Shown in pieces: positions 20,231-30,818 of a stretch of DNA of 64,000 nucleotides. The notes beneath the pieces are model-generated. The model did not search any database, had not been told where the DNA came from, and worked only from the letters and a program-made list of their open reading frames with translations. Made by a program: the position numbers and the translations under genes. Position 1 is the stretch's first letter. Every line of letters starts with the position of its first letter. The DNA is from a virus (Duplodnaviria > Caudoviricetes): the IMG/VR virus record IMGVR_UViG_3300010352_000625, positions 64,001 to 128,000 of that record; one strand, 5' to 3'.

Positions 20231-22258
20231 ATGTCTAGTTCAGAAGAAGCTTCTAAAAACCCCAATCCTTGGTTAGGTGAAGTAAATGTTGATGCTGATT
20301 TTTTTGCGTTATATGGATTACCTAAATACACGGATTCTACACAGGCTAACACTGTAGCTCCCAGTACTGGGAGCATTTCAACTAGTGCGATTAGAGATTA
20401 TGAAAATAAAAGTTCTGGTTTGATAAAAACATCAAAAGCGAGCGACACTTTTTTAGGTTATATTCCAATTGAGATTTCAACTACAAAATTTAGTACTTCT
20501 ATAAATAGTAATACCGGATTTGCCGATAATGTTGACGAAGAAGATGATAGTGGTCTGAAAGTTAAAATTGTATTACCATGGAAACCACAAGAACTTAGAG
20601 ATTCTGTAAGTGTTAGTTTTAGTAAAAAAACAAAAACTGGTAATAACATAGAAAATATTGGTAGACAATATGGCGCTGGTTTATTATCTAATGTAACTGG
20701 GAGTGACATAGCTTCTCAATTTTTAACCACAGAATATCACGCAGAAAGTTTAAGAAAAGAAATAGGAATAGATTTTATTTTACCTTTAACTGGAAATATA
20801 AAAGAACCGAATATAAAATGGGTTAATGAAGTTAGAAATAAACTTGGCGCTTTACAAGGTTTAGTTTACCCTAAAGGTCTTTTATCTTTATATCCACCGA
20901 TGTTAAAAGTGAAAGTTGGTAATATTTATAGCGGTTTTAAAGGATATATAACTAGTGTAGAATTATCATTCTCAGAAGATATGATAACGTTAGAAGATGG
21001 TTCGGTTTTTCCTTTAGTTATCAATGGTACAATAAGATTCATTAATTTATTTACTTATGGATGGTATGCAAAAGATGGTGATTCATTATTGACTAATGAA
21101 TTTAATTTAGCTAAAAACCCGGCTTTATTATTTGGAATGCAAATAGCTGATGTTCATGCCAATGCAGCCATGATAAAAACTTCACCAACAATTAATAAAT
21201 CTTCAATAATTGCTGAAGCAAAATCTAAGATAGCAACTGGGGTAGAAGATATTAATCCTATTGCTTTAATTCAAGATGGTAGTTATATGAGTTCTACAGA
21301 ATTAAATTATGAATCATATAAAAATTCAATAGAAATGTCTGATAGAAATGTTGGTATATTAACTGGATATGCAGATAGTGATCCAATATTAACTAATCAA
21401 TTAACACAATATATTAATACTGATTATATTAATGATAGTGCAATTTTATCTGATACTGATAATTTATATAATGCATACGTTAAAAATTATAGTATCATCA
21501 ATAATGGTGATATGGAATTTTTAAATATAACCAAAAATAGTGATTTAATCAGCTCATCTAGTAATATAATGAATAAAGTCTTAAATGTTCAGACTATATC
21601 TGATTATGCCAGATTAATTAAAAATATAAAAAGTGGTAATGCTATTGATATATTAGCTTCATTAGCACGAATAACAACCGGTACTACTGGGTCACTAAAT
21701 TCAAATTTAAATAATATATTAAACTCAACTAAAATTGGTACTAGTATACTCAGAACGTTAGATATCAGTGGTATTAATTTAAATAATATCGCCGCTTTAT
21801 ATGGTAATATAGAAGACTTATTAGGTTATATTAATAAAATTGATGTAACATCACCTACATCAAAGAATGATTTTACAAGTGCTTTATATGCCAGTACTTC
21901 TCAATCAAATAAAATACAGAGTGTGTTAAATTCCGTTAATATTAATATTAATGAGACTAACAGTAGATATACTAACAATGATACTTCTGCTAGTAGTAGT
22001 ATATTAACATCAATATCGAATTTATCCAACACAGCTATAACAACAGAAATTTACAATAATTATGATATGTATAAACAAGTCATGAATAGTTTAAAATATA
22101 AAGCAACTGAATTAGCAGATAATAAAATAATAAACACTAACATTTTGAATTCTACATTTAAAATGTCAGATTATGTGAAAAAGGTTGATACTAGTTCTAT
22201 ATCTGGTACTAGTGATATTTTAAAATCAGCACTTACTAAAATAGATGAATTGATTTAA
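20231..22258 (+). CDS. Tail tube initiator / baseplate-associated protein
   Basis: Position in the module plus a PPMLKVKVG...GYITSVELSF motif typical of tube-initiator proteins. Confidence 0.6.
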   Translation: MSSSEEASKNPNPWLGEVNVDADFFALYGLPKYTDSTQANTVAPSTGSISTSAIRDYENKSSGLIKTSKASDTFLGYIPIEISTTKFSTSINSNTGFADNVDEEDDSGLKVKIVLPWKPQELRDSVSVSFSKKTKTGNNIENIGRQYGAGLLSNVTGSDIASQFLTTEYHAESLRKEIGIDFILPLTGNIKEPNIKWVNEVRNKLGALQGLVYPKGLLSLYPPMLKVKVGNIYSGFKGYITSVELSFSEDMITLEDGSVFPLVINGTIRFINLFTYGWYAKDGDSLLTNEFNLAKNPALLFGMQIADVHANAAMIKTSPTINKSSIIAEAKSKIATGVEDINPIALIQDGSYMSSTELNYESYKNSIEMSDRNVGILTGYADSDPILTNQLTQYINTDYINDSAILSDTDNLYNAYVKNYSIINNGDMEFLNITKNSDLISSSSNIMNKVLNVQTISDYARLIKNIKSGNAIDILASLARITTGTTGSLNSNLNNILNSTKIGTSILRTLDISGINLNNIAALYGNIEDLLGYINKIDVTSPTSKNDFTSALYASTSQSNKIQSVLNSVNININETNSRYTNNDTSASSSILTSISNLSNTAITTEIYNNYDMYKQVMNSLKYKATELADNKIINTNILNSTFKMSDYVKKVDTSSISGTSDILKSALTKIDELI

Positions 22259-22273
22259 GGTGGTTTTAAATTA

Positions 22274-22639
22274 ATGTCAACATTATATGGAAATAAATTA
22301 GAACATAATAATTTAGAAAGTAAACACCACATGAGTGCTAACACTGATATATTTAAATTTGAGGGTATAGGTACAATTCCTATGCATATGAAATATATTA
22401 AAGTACCAGATTATGTTAATGGTGAAATTTCTTATAAAGTTAAAGAAATAGACATAAATAGATTAGATAATATAGCTTATAAATATTATAAAAATCCAGA
22501 ATTATTTTGGATTATAATGGCTGTAAATGATATTATTGATCCATTTAATATTAAAAATGGTGATGTACTAAGAATATTACCTAAAGATTATATAGAATAT
22601 AATATACTACGATATAATTCTAATAATGAGGAAATATAA
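22274..22639 (+). CDS. LysM-like baseplate protein (gp53 / P2 X-like)
   Basis: RLDNIAYKYYKNPELFWIIMAVNDIIDPF...GDVLRI. Confidence 0.9.
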   Translation: MSTLYGNKLEHNNLESKHHMSANTDIFKFEGIGTIPMHMKYIKVPDYVNGEISYKVKEIDINRLDNIAYKYYKNPELFWIIMAVNDIIDPFNIKNGDVLRILPKDYIEYNILRYNSNNEEI

Positions 22640-23850
22640 TGTCAACAGTTTCTCCATATAAATTTAAAGATTATAAAATAAGATGTAAATTATCTTGGTA
22701 TGATAATAGTAATAAATCTATACCTGTAAAATTATTTACATATCAATTAACACAATACACACCTTCTGTTTATGCTGAGATTGCTATTATAATTCAATCA
22801 GAAAAAGTCACGGATTTTAAAGTTATAGAAAATTTAGAAATCAAAGATAGAAAAATAGAATTATGGTTTGAAGATGAATTATACTATACTCCACTTAAAA
22901 AAAGTTGTTTTCCTGGCCCATTTAAATTTTGTGTAGTGTCTTATACAATGACAAATATAAATTTAACACATGCTGAATTGAATGATGAAAATTATACAGA
23001 TGCAAAAATGATAATTTTACAGTGTATTGATTCTGTATTTTATAAAATGACATTAAATGAAAAATTTGCGTCATTTGGTAAAGTAAATACTTCATCGGTT
23101 GTAGAAAAATTAGTTTCTAATAATGGTGGAAAAATAAAAAAATTAGTTAATTCGGATTATGCATATACTTGGTTACAAACAGCAATGACAGATTATAATA
23201 TGATTAGGTCTATTTTACCTTATAGTAGATCATCAAGTGGTAATTTAATGTATAATTTTTTTATGTTTAATGAAGAATGTTATTTTACTCCTATAAATGA
23301 AGGTAAAATACAACCAGTTGCATTATATATTGATAATCAAAAAAATGCCCCTGCAATAGTTAAAGATGATAGTTTTAAATATTTAATTGAACAGTATGGT
23401 AGTAGTGATAATTTATATTGTGCAGGTCGAGGTTTTGATGATTTTAAACAAACCAAACCAACGAAAATGAATAAGCAAAGTTATGATAAAAATAATAAAG
23501 GCAATAAACAACATAAAGGGATTGGAACTAAATATATCAACACAGCATTAGAAGATAAAACTTTACAAGAAATATATATCAGTAATATTAGACACCGAAT
23601 ATACACATTTTCTAGAATGTTATCATTAACAGTGAGTGCTTATCCAGATATAACACCTATTGATTGTATTGAGATTTATAATGAAACTGATGGTAAAACA
23701 AAAATATATGATGGTATTTTTTATGTTGCATCAGTTAAATATATATATGGTGAATCACATAGTAGACCATTTGCTCCTATGATGCATTTAGTTTTATGTA
23801 GTGAAACGGATATTGCTGGTATGGAAAATCCAGAAGGAAGTGCTATTTAA
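22639..23850 (+). CDS. Baseplate hub (gp27 / P2 D-like)
   Basis: Lies between the LysM and spike genes; C-terminal YDGIFYVASVKY. Confidence 0.7.
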   Translation: MSTVSPYKFKDYKIRCKLSWYDNSNKSIPVKLFTYQLTQYTPSVYAEIAIIIQSEKVTDFKVIENLEIKDRKIELWFEDELYYTPLKKSCFPGPFKFCVVSYTMTNINLTHAELNDENYTDAKMIILQCIDSVFYKMTLNEKFASFGKVNTSSVVEKLVSNNGGKIKKLVNSDYAYTWLQTAMTDYNMIRSILPYSRSSSGNLMYNFFMFNEECYFTPINEGKIQPVALYIDNQKNAPAIVKDDSFKYLIEQYGSSDNLYCAGRGFDDFKQTKPTKMNKQSYDKNNKGNKQHKGIGTKYINTALEDKTLQEIYISNIRHRIYTFSRMLSLTVSAYPDITPIDCIEIYNETDGKTKIYDGIFYVASVKYIYGESHSRPFAPMMHLVLCSETDIAGMENPEGSAI

Positions 23851-24380
23851 TGGAAAAATTTAGTGGTATATTTATTGGTGCTGTAGTTGATAACAATGAT
23901 CCCAAAAAATTAGGTAGATTAAAAATAAATGTGCCTACTGTTTATGGAAATATAAAAACAGATGATTTACCTTGGGCATCACCTAGTTTTCCTTATGGTT
24001 ATCATGATAGAGGATTTTTCTTTGTCCCTGAAGTTGGAGCTTTAGTTACTGTTATGTTTTTGAATAATTCTCCTTATACAGCTGTTTGGATGGGTTCTAT
24101 ACATAGAGAAGATGATAATATAGTACCACAAGAAATTAAAGAAAATTACCCAAACAGAAAAGAGATTAAAACTAAAGTTGGGTATGTATTATTTGATGAT
24201 GAAACTAATTACATTCAAATTAAACATAAAAATGGATCAGAAATAATGTTTAAAGATAATGGTGATATTATAATACATGCCGCAAAAGATTTAGTATTAT
24301 TATCTGATAATCATATACGTGAAAATCCAAAAGATAAATCTAATGTTACTCCTATACCTGAGTATAAAGATAAAAAGTAA
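23850..24380 (+). CDS. Baseplate central spike (gp5 / gpV OB-fold)
   Basis: GAVVDNNDPKKLGRLKINVP, LPWA and FFVPEVG motifs. Confidence 0.93.
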   Translation: MEKFSGIFIGAVVDNNDPKKLGRLKINVPTVYGNIKTDDLPWASPSFPYGYHDRGFFFVPEVGALVTVMFLNNSPYTAVWMGSIHREDDNIVPQEIKENYPNRKEIKTKVGYVLFDDETNYIQIKHKNGSEIMFKDNGDIIIHAAKDLVLLSDNHIRENPKDKSNVTPIPEYKDKK

Positions 24381-24424
24381 AAATATAATCAATTTGAGAA
24401 CTTAATTATGAAGGGGATTAAATA

Positions 24425-24742
24425 ATGCCTGAAGCAACTAGAATAAGCGATAGAACTGTTGGGGTCTGTGATATCGGGGAAGATTGTTGTCCTCACAGTA
24501 GAAGTGGTACCAATGCAACAGGTAGTCCAAATGTATTTATAAATGATTTGAAATGTCATAGATTAGGTGATACTGGACCAACAAATTGCCCTCATGGTGG
24601 TACTTTTGAATCAACAGAAGGATCACCTAATGTATTTGTTAATGATAAACCTAAGACAAGAATATCTGACACAACTATATGTCAAAAATGTGGTCATTCT
24701 GGTAATCATGTTTCAGGAAGCGATAATGTATTTGTTAATTAA
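24425..24742 (+). CDS. PAAR-like spike tip protein
   Basis: Repeated R(I/L)(S/G)D...C.H...GSPNVF(I/V)N. Confidence 0.93.
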   Translation: MPEATRISDRTVGVCDIGEDCCPHSRSGTNATGSPNVFINDLKCHRLGDTGPTNCPHGGTFESTEGSPNVFVNDKPKTRISDTTICQKCGHSGNHVSGSDNVFVN

Positions 24743-24757
24743 AAAGGATTTGATTAA

Positions 24758-25174
24758 ATGAGTTATCCATATGAATATACTTATCCTAAAAAATTAGAAG
24801 CTGTAGGTTATTCTGGCCCTATGCCAATCAATAATGGCGATACTTATGTTGCAGGAATAACAGATACTATTGATATTAGAGATTTGATAAGAGCGAGTAT
24901 AGAAAGAATAATTGGAACATCTAGAGGCGAAAGAGTTATGCAACCTAGATTTGGTGCTAGTTTAAAAAGAATGTTGTTCGAACCTTTAGATAGTTTTTTG
25001 TTAGAAGATATAAGAGAAAATATATTAGACACGTTAAGTGAACAAGAACCAAGAATTAATATAACTAATATAGATTTTAATCCAAATATAGATGAACATA
25101 CTATTTATATATCAATAACTTATAATTTGAAAAATAAACAAATAAGTGATACATTCAATTTCACTATTAGATAA
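24758..25174 (+). CDS. Baseplate wedge gp25-like
   Basis: GERVMQPRFG...LFEP...EPRI. Confidence 0.95.
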   Translation: MSYPYEYTYPKKLEAVGYSGPMPINNGDTYVAGITDTIDIRDLIRASIERIIGTSRGERVMQPRFGASLKRMLFEPLDSFLLEDIRENILDTLSEQEPRINITNIDFNPNIDEHTIYISITYNLKNKQISDTFNFTIR

Positions 25175-25191
25175 GGGGATTAGTTTAAACA

Positions 25192-27582
25192 ATGTCTACT
25201 AATTTAGATTTAAGAAACATAGAAAAATTACCTATTGATTTTGAAGAAATAATGGAAGGTTTAACTAATAGAATAAAAACTAATTTACCTGATAAATGGA
25301 AAGACTTTCTTATCAGTAATTTTGGTATGGAATTATTAGAAGCGTTCGCATATGAAGCAACTTTGATGTTTTATTATAATAACATGAGTGTGAATGAATG
25401 TTTCTTACCAACAGCTAAAACAAGAACAGCAGTTTATAATCATGCTAAATCAATGGGTTATAAACCATCCCCCGCAACACAATCATCTGTTATACTTAAA
25501 TTTTATTTATCTAATAGTCATTCTAATAATATTTTAATCCCAAAATATACTAGATGTACTTCTAGTGGAGTTAATTTTTATACAACAGAAAATGTAATAT
25601 TATATAGTGGTGAATTGTATGTGACAGTTCCCGCAAAATCAGGAAACATAAATATTGATAATTTCATTTCTACTGGCATTCTCGGCTATAAATATAGATT
25701 AGTTAATAATAATGTAAATAAAATAGAATCTGTGTTTGTCGATGATGTAGAGTATAAGTATACTGATTTCATAGATACTTTGGATATCGAATCTATGTAT
25801 TATACGGTTGATTATGATAGTGAATATTATGCATACATTAAATTTGGAGATGGAGCGTATGGTAAAAATCCAGCTAAAAATTTAAAAATTGATATTACTT
25901 ATATTACAGGAGCAAATGTTACACATAATGTTAATCCTTATACAATCAATACTATTAACGATGTCATATATGATTCAACAAATGCTATAATAAATAGTAT
26001 TAATGTAACGAACGATGATTACGCCAACGGTGCTTCTGAATCTGAAACTCTAGAAGAAATAAAAAAGAACGTACCAACGATTTATAAAACACAAAAAAGA
26101 TGTGTAACAAAAGAAGATTATAGAGATACTGCTTTGATGATAAATGGTGTAAATAAAGTTAAAATTTTAGATAACGAAATTGCTCCAGAAATTGGGATAT
26201 TTGGAGTTAAAGTTTGTGTTATACCAGATAGTCCTGTATCAGGGGGATATCCTAGTGAAGCATTTAAAAAAGATATTTTAAAAATATTTGATGATAGAAA
26301 AATTTGTGCTACTCAGGTTGAAATTATAGACCCAAGTTATATTACATTAAATACTACTGTTAATGTCAAAGTATCGCCTACAACATCAGCTTCAGTAGTA
26401 TCAAATAAAATAAGAAACAGTATACTTAATTATTTAAAATGGGAAAATAGAGAATTGGGAGAATCAGTAAATAAACAAGATATATATTCTTTAGTTGCAG
26501 ATGTTCCTGGTGTATTATCAATTGAAAATATCAATTTAGAGGAACAAAGATATATTTATATATTAGAAACTCCTGAAATAGGAAGTAATATAATTAAAGT
26601 GAGAGATACAATGGCTATATTGAACGAAGGTTCTACTATTAATGTTATGAATCTGAATGGTGAAAGTGTTATATTAGCTAAAATTTCAACTATGGATGAT
26701 GAAGGTAATTGTACTTTAGTTTCTCTTAGTGATGGTTCAGATGTAATTATAACTAATGAAATGAATATATCCACTAATTGTTGGGTATATCCAATAGTTA
26801 AAACAAAAGGTTCATATAAGTTCGGAGATAAACTTATTACAATTAATAACGATAATATGAGTAATAGTAATGTCGAAAAAAGAAGTTCAATATTATCTAA
26901 CATGACTTATACTACTATTTATTTTGGTGATGATAATACTAAAAAATATCAGATACTATTTAGAGTAGGTGATAGTTTATATTTAGATAGAGGTTTAGAA
27001 ACTGACTTAGATAATAATACTGATATAGTAATAATGAACAAAAAATTCATTCCTATTTTAAGTTCAATGGCCATAATGGGGTCAAGTAATTTAGAATTAA
27101 CCTCATATCCTAGATTTGGTGTAGGGGCTAAATTAATAAGATATACTACATCTATGTATAATGATGTAACATTATCTGTATTTAGAAACAGTACTGGAGT
27201 AGATTATTTAGAAAATTATATGGCAATAGATACGTTGGTTAAAATAAATAAAATTTATATCAATGCTACGAACAATTTAACTGAAGGTATAGATTATAAT
27301 ATTACTAATAATAGTGTGATAGTTTGGACAGATATAGGTAAAACCAAAGTATTATCTAATACTCAATATTATGTTGATGTAACTAAAAAATCAGATGCAC
27401 AAAACATTAAAACTATAGACTATTATGTTAAAGGAATAAATCAAAAAACAATAACAATAAGTCCTTCTATAGATTCTACTTTATCAGACGGAACATCTTT
27501 TGATTATACAACAGACACATTTAATATATTACCATGGGAAATTGTAGATTGTGGTATTATAAGTGTTAATATAGAGGTGTAA
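25192..27582 (+). CDS. Baseplate wedge gp6 / J-like
   Basis: DFEEI, FLPTA, MGYKP, IKFGDG..GK.P and RCVTKEDY motifs. Confidence 0.92.
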   Translation: MSTNLDLRNIEKLPIDFEEIMEGLTNRIKTNLPDKWKDFLISNFGMELLEAFAYEATLMFYYNNMSVNECFLPTAKTRTAVYNHAKSMGYKPSPATQSSVILKFYLSNSHSNNILIPKYTRCTSSGVNFYTTENVILYSGELYVTVPAKSGNINIDNFISTGILGYKYRLVNNNVNKIESVFVDDVEYKYTDFIDTLDIESMYYTVDYDSEYYAYIKFGDGAYGKNPAKNLKIDITYITGANVTHNVNPYTINTINDVIYDSTNAIINSINVTNDDYANGASESETLEEIKKNVPTIYKTQKRCVTKEDYRDTALMINGVNKVKILDNEIAPEIGIFGVKVCVIPDSPVSGGYPSEAFKKDILKIFDDRKICATQVEIIDPSYITLNTTVNVKVSPTTSASVVSNKIRNSILNYLKWENRELGESVNKQDIYSLVADVPGVLSIENINLEEQRYIYILETPEIGSNIIKVRDTMAILNEGSTINVMNLNGESVILAKISTMDDEGNCTLVSLSDGSDVIITNEMNISTNCWVYPIVKTKGSYKFGDKLITINNDNMSNSNVEKRSSILSNMTYTTIYFGDDNTKKYQILFRVGDSLYLDRGLETDLDNNTDIVIMNKKFIPILSSMAIMGSSNLELTSYPRFGVGAKLIRYTTSMYNDVTLSVFRNSTGVDYLENYMAIDTLVKINKIYINATNNLTEGIDYNITNNSVIVWTDIGKTKVLSNTQYYVDVTKKSDAQNIKTIDYYVKGINQKTITISPSIDSTLSDGTSFDYTTDTFNILPWEIVDCGIISVNIEV

Positions 27583-27588
27583 AATAAT

Positions 27589-30159
27589 ATGTCATTTCTA
27601 TATAATATATTACCTGAATATACCAGAAATACTGACACTACAGTTGATTATAATGTTACTGGTGAGGTAAAAATATTAGAAGAATTTTTAAGTAGTGTAG
27701 ATGTTGAAATATTTGATGTTATTTCAGATAGTATTAGAGAAATATTATCATTTAGAGATATAAATAATATTAAAGATGAGTATTTACCATATTTTGCTTA
27801 TATGCTTGGTTATGAATGGAGTACTCAATTATCATTAGATTTACAGAAAGAAATATTAATTAATATTTTAGATATATATAAACGCAAAGGTACTAAATTT
27901 TCATTTCATTTTGGATTATATAAAATAGACCCAACAATTAGCATTTATGAACCGTATCGAAATATATTTGAATTAAATAAATCATATATTAATTATGGTT
28001 TTGATATTTATAATCGTTGGAGATATAAATTAACAGATGCTAAAAAGATTATTACTGACAGTAGTAATAATATGTATGCTATTAATGATAATATTTTAAT
28101 TAAATTAGATATTGATGGTAATAAATTATGGGAAAAGGAATTTACTGATTCAAACATAATCGATATTGATATAAATTTAGTTGATATCAAAAAAGATAAT
28201 ATTTATATTTTAACTAAGAATATTAATACTAATATATGTTATTTAACTCATATAAATACTGACGGTAATATTATATATCAAACTAATTATAATATTATAA
28301 AATGTATGTGTATAACTCCAGATAATAATATATATTTAGCTATTAATGATAATGATAATGATTATATAATTAAATTAGATGGTAATACTGGTAATGTTAT
28401 TAATATTAATGATGATATACGTTATTATATCAGTAATCTAACATATCTTAATATTAATTCAATGTTATGTAATGAAAATTATTTGTATGTTATTGGTAAT
28501 GCATTTAAAGATGATAATAAATCTAATACTATAATTAAAATATTTAAACATAATGATGATAATGATACTCTAGTTGAATTACATGAATATATATATAGTT
28601 ATGATTATTTAAATGATAGTATAACTAATATTAAATATGACAATAATGAAAATTTATATATAGTCATTAACAATAAAAAATTAATAAGAATAAATATTGA
28701 AGATTTTAGTAAAAATATTATTAAAAACGATATTGATATATATTATTTAGATATTTGTAGATTTAAATCCAGAAATTATTTATTGGTGAGTACAAATAAT
28801 AGTATTAGAATATTAGATATAAATAATGTTACTGAGTTATATAGTATTAAAACTATTACTGATGCTAATTTTATATTAGGTAATCTTACCAATAACGTTT
28901 TATATTATATAGATAAAGATATTATTAGTAAAAATTATTATAATATGATTGATGGTGATTTTTTAACTAGTCGAGATTATTATAGTAATGGTGTAATTGT
29001 TGTTAGAACTAAGAATATGTCTGATGCTGTAAAAGATATAATTAAAATGGTATTACCTGCTGGTTGGAAATTATTAATCGAAGGTACGTCAGGATTATAT
29101 TACAGTTTTCATGACAAGACGGGGCATAAAGATAACGAAGATTTATTTAACTTTTTAGACGAATATAGAAAAAAATATATTGATTTTTATATTAACTCAG
29201 ATATATTAAGTAATTTTGAAAACACCGAAACAGAAAATAATAAAATGCAGTATTATAGTGGAGTACAATATCATAGTAGAGGTCACATGAATATTGTAAT
29301 GTTAGGTAAAACATTTATACTAGATACTAACAGTTCTTTATTTAGTGTGTTTAATCTTAATTTATATGCTGAATCAGCTAATAATTTATATACTGGGTTT
29401 AGAAATCCTTTACATTATGCACAAGTATTTAATAAACAATCTATTCATGAAACAAATGATAATGTAATTCATGGTTTGTATTTTGTATTACCAGTACCAA
29501 ACAATGTTAAAATGATTGAAATGTTAGTAGTAGGTGCAGGTGGAGGTTCATCTGATTTAATTGAATTAGCCGATGGTAATAGCATATCTGTTGGTGGTGG
29601 GGCTGGAGAAATTATTAAATCAGTTTATTATATTAATACTGATAATATAGACCCAACATTATCGTACAATCATTTAATAGTTGCTGAAGCAGGGTATGGT
29701 GGAATTATTAACAATGACGGTGAAAATTCTATTATTAATATATTACATCCTGTAACGAATGAAATATTACACACTGTAACTGCTTTGGGTGGAAAATGTC
29801 CTGACACATTTGATAATACTAAAACTTATATGTCTGGTGGATTTGATTATGATGATATTGGCCATGGGTCAGATATATATTCAATAGCCGAAAATTGGTC
29901 TGATATATACAAGTTAATAACAGTATATAATTCACATAATACTAATGGTGATAATACAATGTATTTAACTAAAGATGATGTAGCAAATACGATTAATACC
30001 GCTGGTTCATCTTCTTACGATATTGGATTAGGTTTTAAATATTCAAATAATAAAGTTGGTTCTGGTGGTTGTTATGCAGTTAAAACTTTAGATGAAAATT
30101 TAGATTATATTGCTGGTAAAGGCGGTAACGGATATATAAAAATAATAATGCATTATTAA
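27589..30159 (+). CDS. Baseplate wedge gp7 / P2 I-like protein with inserted beta-propeller and Gly-rich C-terminal domain
   Basis: YLPYFAYMLG, IYKRKGTK, VLPAGW and VVGAGGG...GKGGNGYI motifs. Confidence 0.8.
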   Translation: MSFLYNILPEYTRNTDTTVDYNVTGEVKILEEFLSSVDVEIFDVISDSIREILSFRDINNIKDEYLPYFAYMLGYEWSTQLSLDLQKEILINILDIYKRKGTKFSFHFGLYKIDPTISIYEPYRNIFELNKSYINYGFDIYNRWRYKLTDAKKIITDSSNNMYAINDNILIKLDIDGNKLWEKEFTDSNIIDIDINLVDIKKDNIYILTKNINTNICYLTHINTDGNIIYQTNYNIIKCMCITPDNNIYLAINDNDNDYIIKLDGNTGNVININDDIRYYISNLTYLNINSMLCNENYLYVIGNAFKDDNKSNTIIKIFKHNDDNDTLVELHEYIYSYDYLNDSITNIKYDNNENLYIVINNKKLIRINIEDFSKNIIKNDIDIYYLDICRFKSRNYLLVSTNNSIRILDINNVTELYSIKTITDANFILGNLTNNVLYYIDKDIISKNYYNMIDGDFLTSRDYYSNGVIVVRTKNMSDAVKDIIKMVLPAGWKLLIEGTSGLYYSFHDKTGHKDNEDLFNFLDEYRKKYIDFYINSDILSNFENTETENNKMQYYSGVQYHSRGHMNIVMLGKTFILDTNSSLFSVFNLNLYAESANNLYTGFRNPLHYAQVFNKQSIHETNDNVIHGLYFVLPVPNNVKMIEMLVVGAGGGSSDLIELADGNSISVGGGAGEIIKSVYYINTDNIDPTLSYNHLIVAEAGYGGIINNDGENSIINILHPVTNEILHTVTALGGKCPDTFDNTKTYMSGGFDYDDIGHGSDIYSIAENWSDIYKLITVYNSHNTNGDNTMYLTKDDVANTINTAGSSSYDIGLGFKYSNNKVGSGGCYAVKTLDENLDYIAGKGGNGYIKIIMHY

Positions 30160-30179
30160 ATAGTTTGGAGTGATTTTTT

Positions 30180-30797
30180 TTGTATTTAGATGAAGTTTCA
30201 ATAGCAGTTTCTCCTTATGTAGCTAGATGTAATAAAGCCTTTCAATTTTATTTAGATAATAAAAGAGGAAATAGTTTAGGTACAGGTTTGTATTTAGCTG
30301 TTGCAAGTGGTAATACAAACGAATGGACAAATTCAGTCCCATTACCTAGTTTAAACACTTATGATTTAACAAATATTCAAATATTTATTAAATATAGAAA
30401 TATGTATTTAGTTAAAGATGATGTTGATGGAAATATAAGCGTTGGGTCTTCTACATCTTCAGGTGATCATATGTGGTCTAAAATAGACCCAGGTTCTAGT
30501 GATGAAGAATATTTTAGTAATGTAATAGCTAATAAATCAAGATGGGTATATGTTGATTTTGAAATTAAAACAAATTATAATATTCCTAATGTTATTAGAC
30601 AGTTTGGTATATATAGTTATTTAAAATTAATATCTGGTGTTGACCAGAATTTAGAATATTATTCTCCTAGTGCTGTCATGCAACTGTCTAGTGGTCCAAG
30701 AAAATATAATGGAATATTAGAACTAGTACATAATAAAGAATCTTATTATAAAAGTAATGAAGTTAAAGAAATTTTAGCTTATGTTTTGGAATTTTAA
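30180..30797 (+). CDS. Baseplate protein (gp8-like)
   Basis: Position plus SRWVYV, RQFGIY and C-terminal VLEF. Confidence 0.65.
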   Translation: MYLDEVSIAVSPYVARCNKAFQFYLDNKRGNSLGTGLYLAVASGNTNEWTNSVPLPSLNTYDLTNIQIFIKYRNMYLVKDDVDGNISVGSSTSSGDHMWSKIDPGSSDEEYFSNVIANKSRWVYVDFEIKTNYNIPNVIRQFGIYSYLKLISGVDQNLEYYSPSAVMQLSSGPRKYNGILELVHNKESYYKSNEVKEILAYVLEF

Positions 30798-30818
30798 AGA
30801 GAAGGTGCTGAATAATTA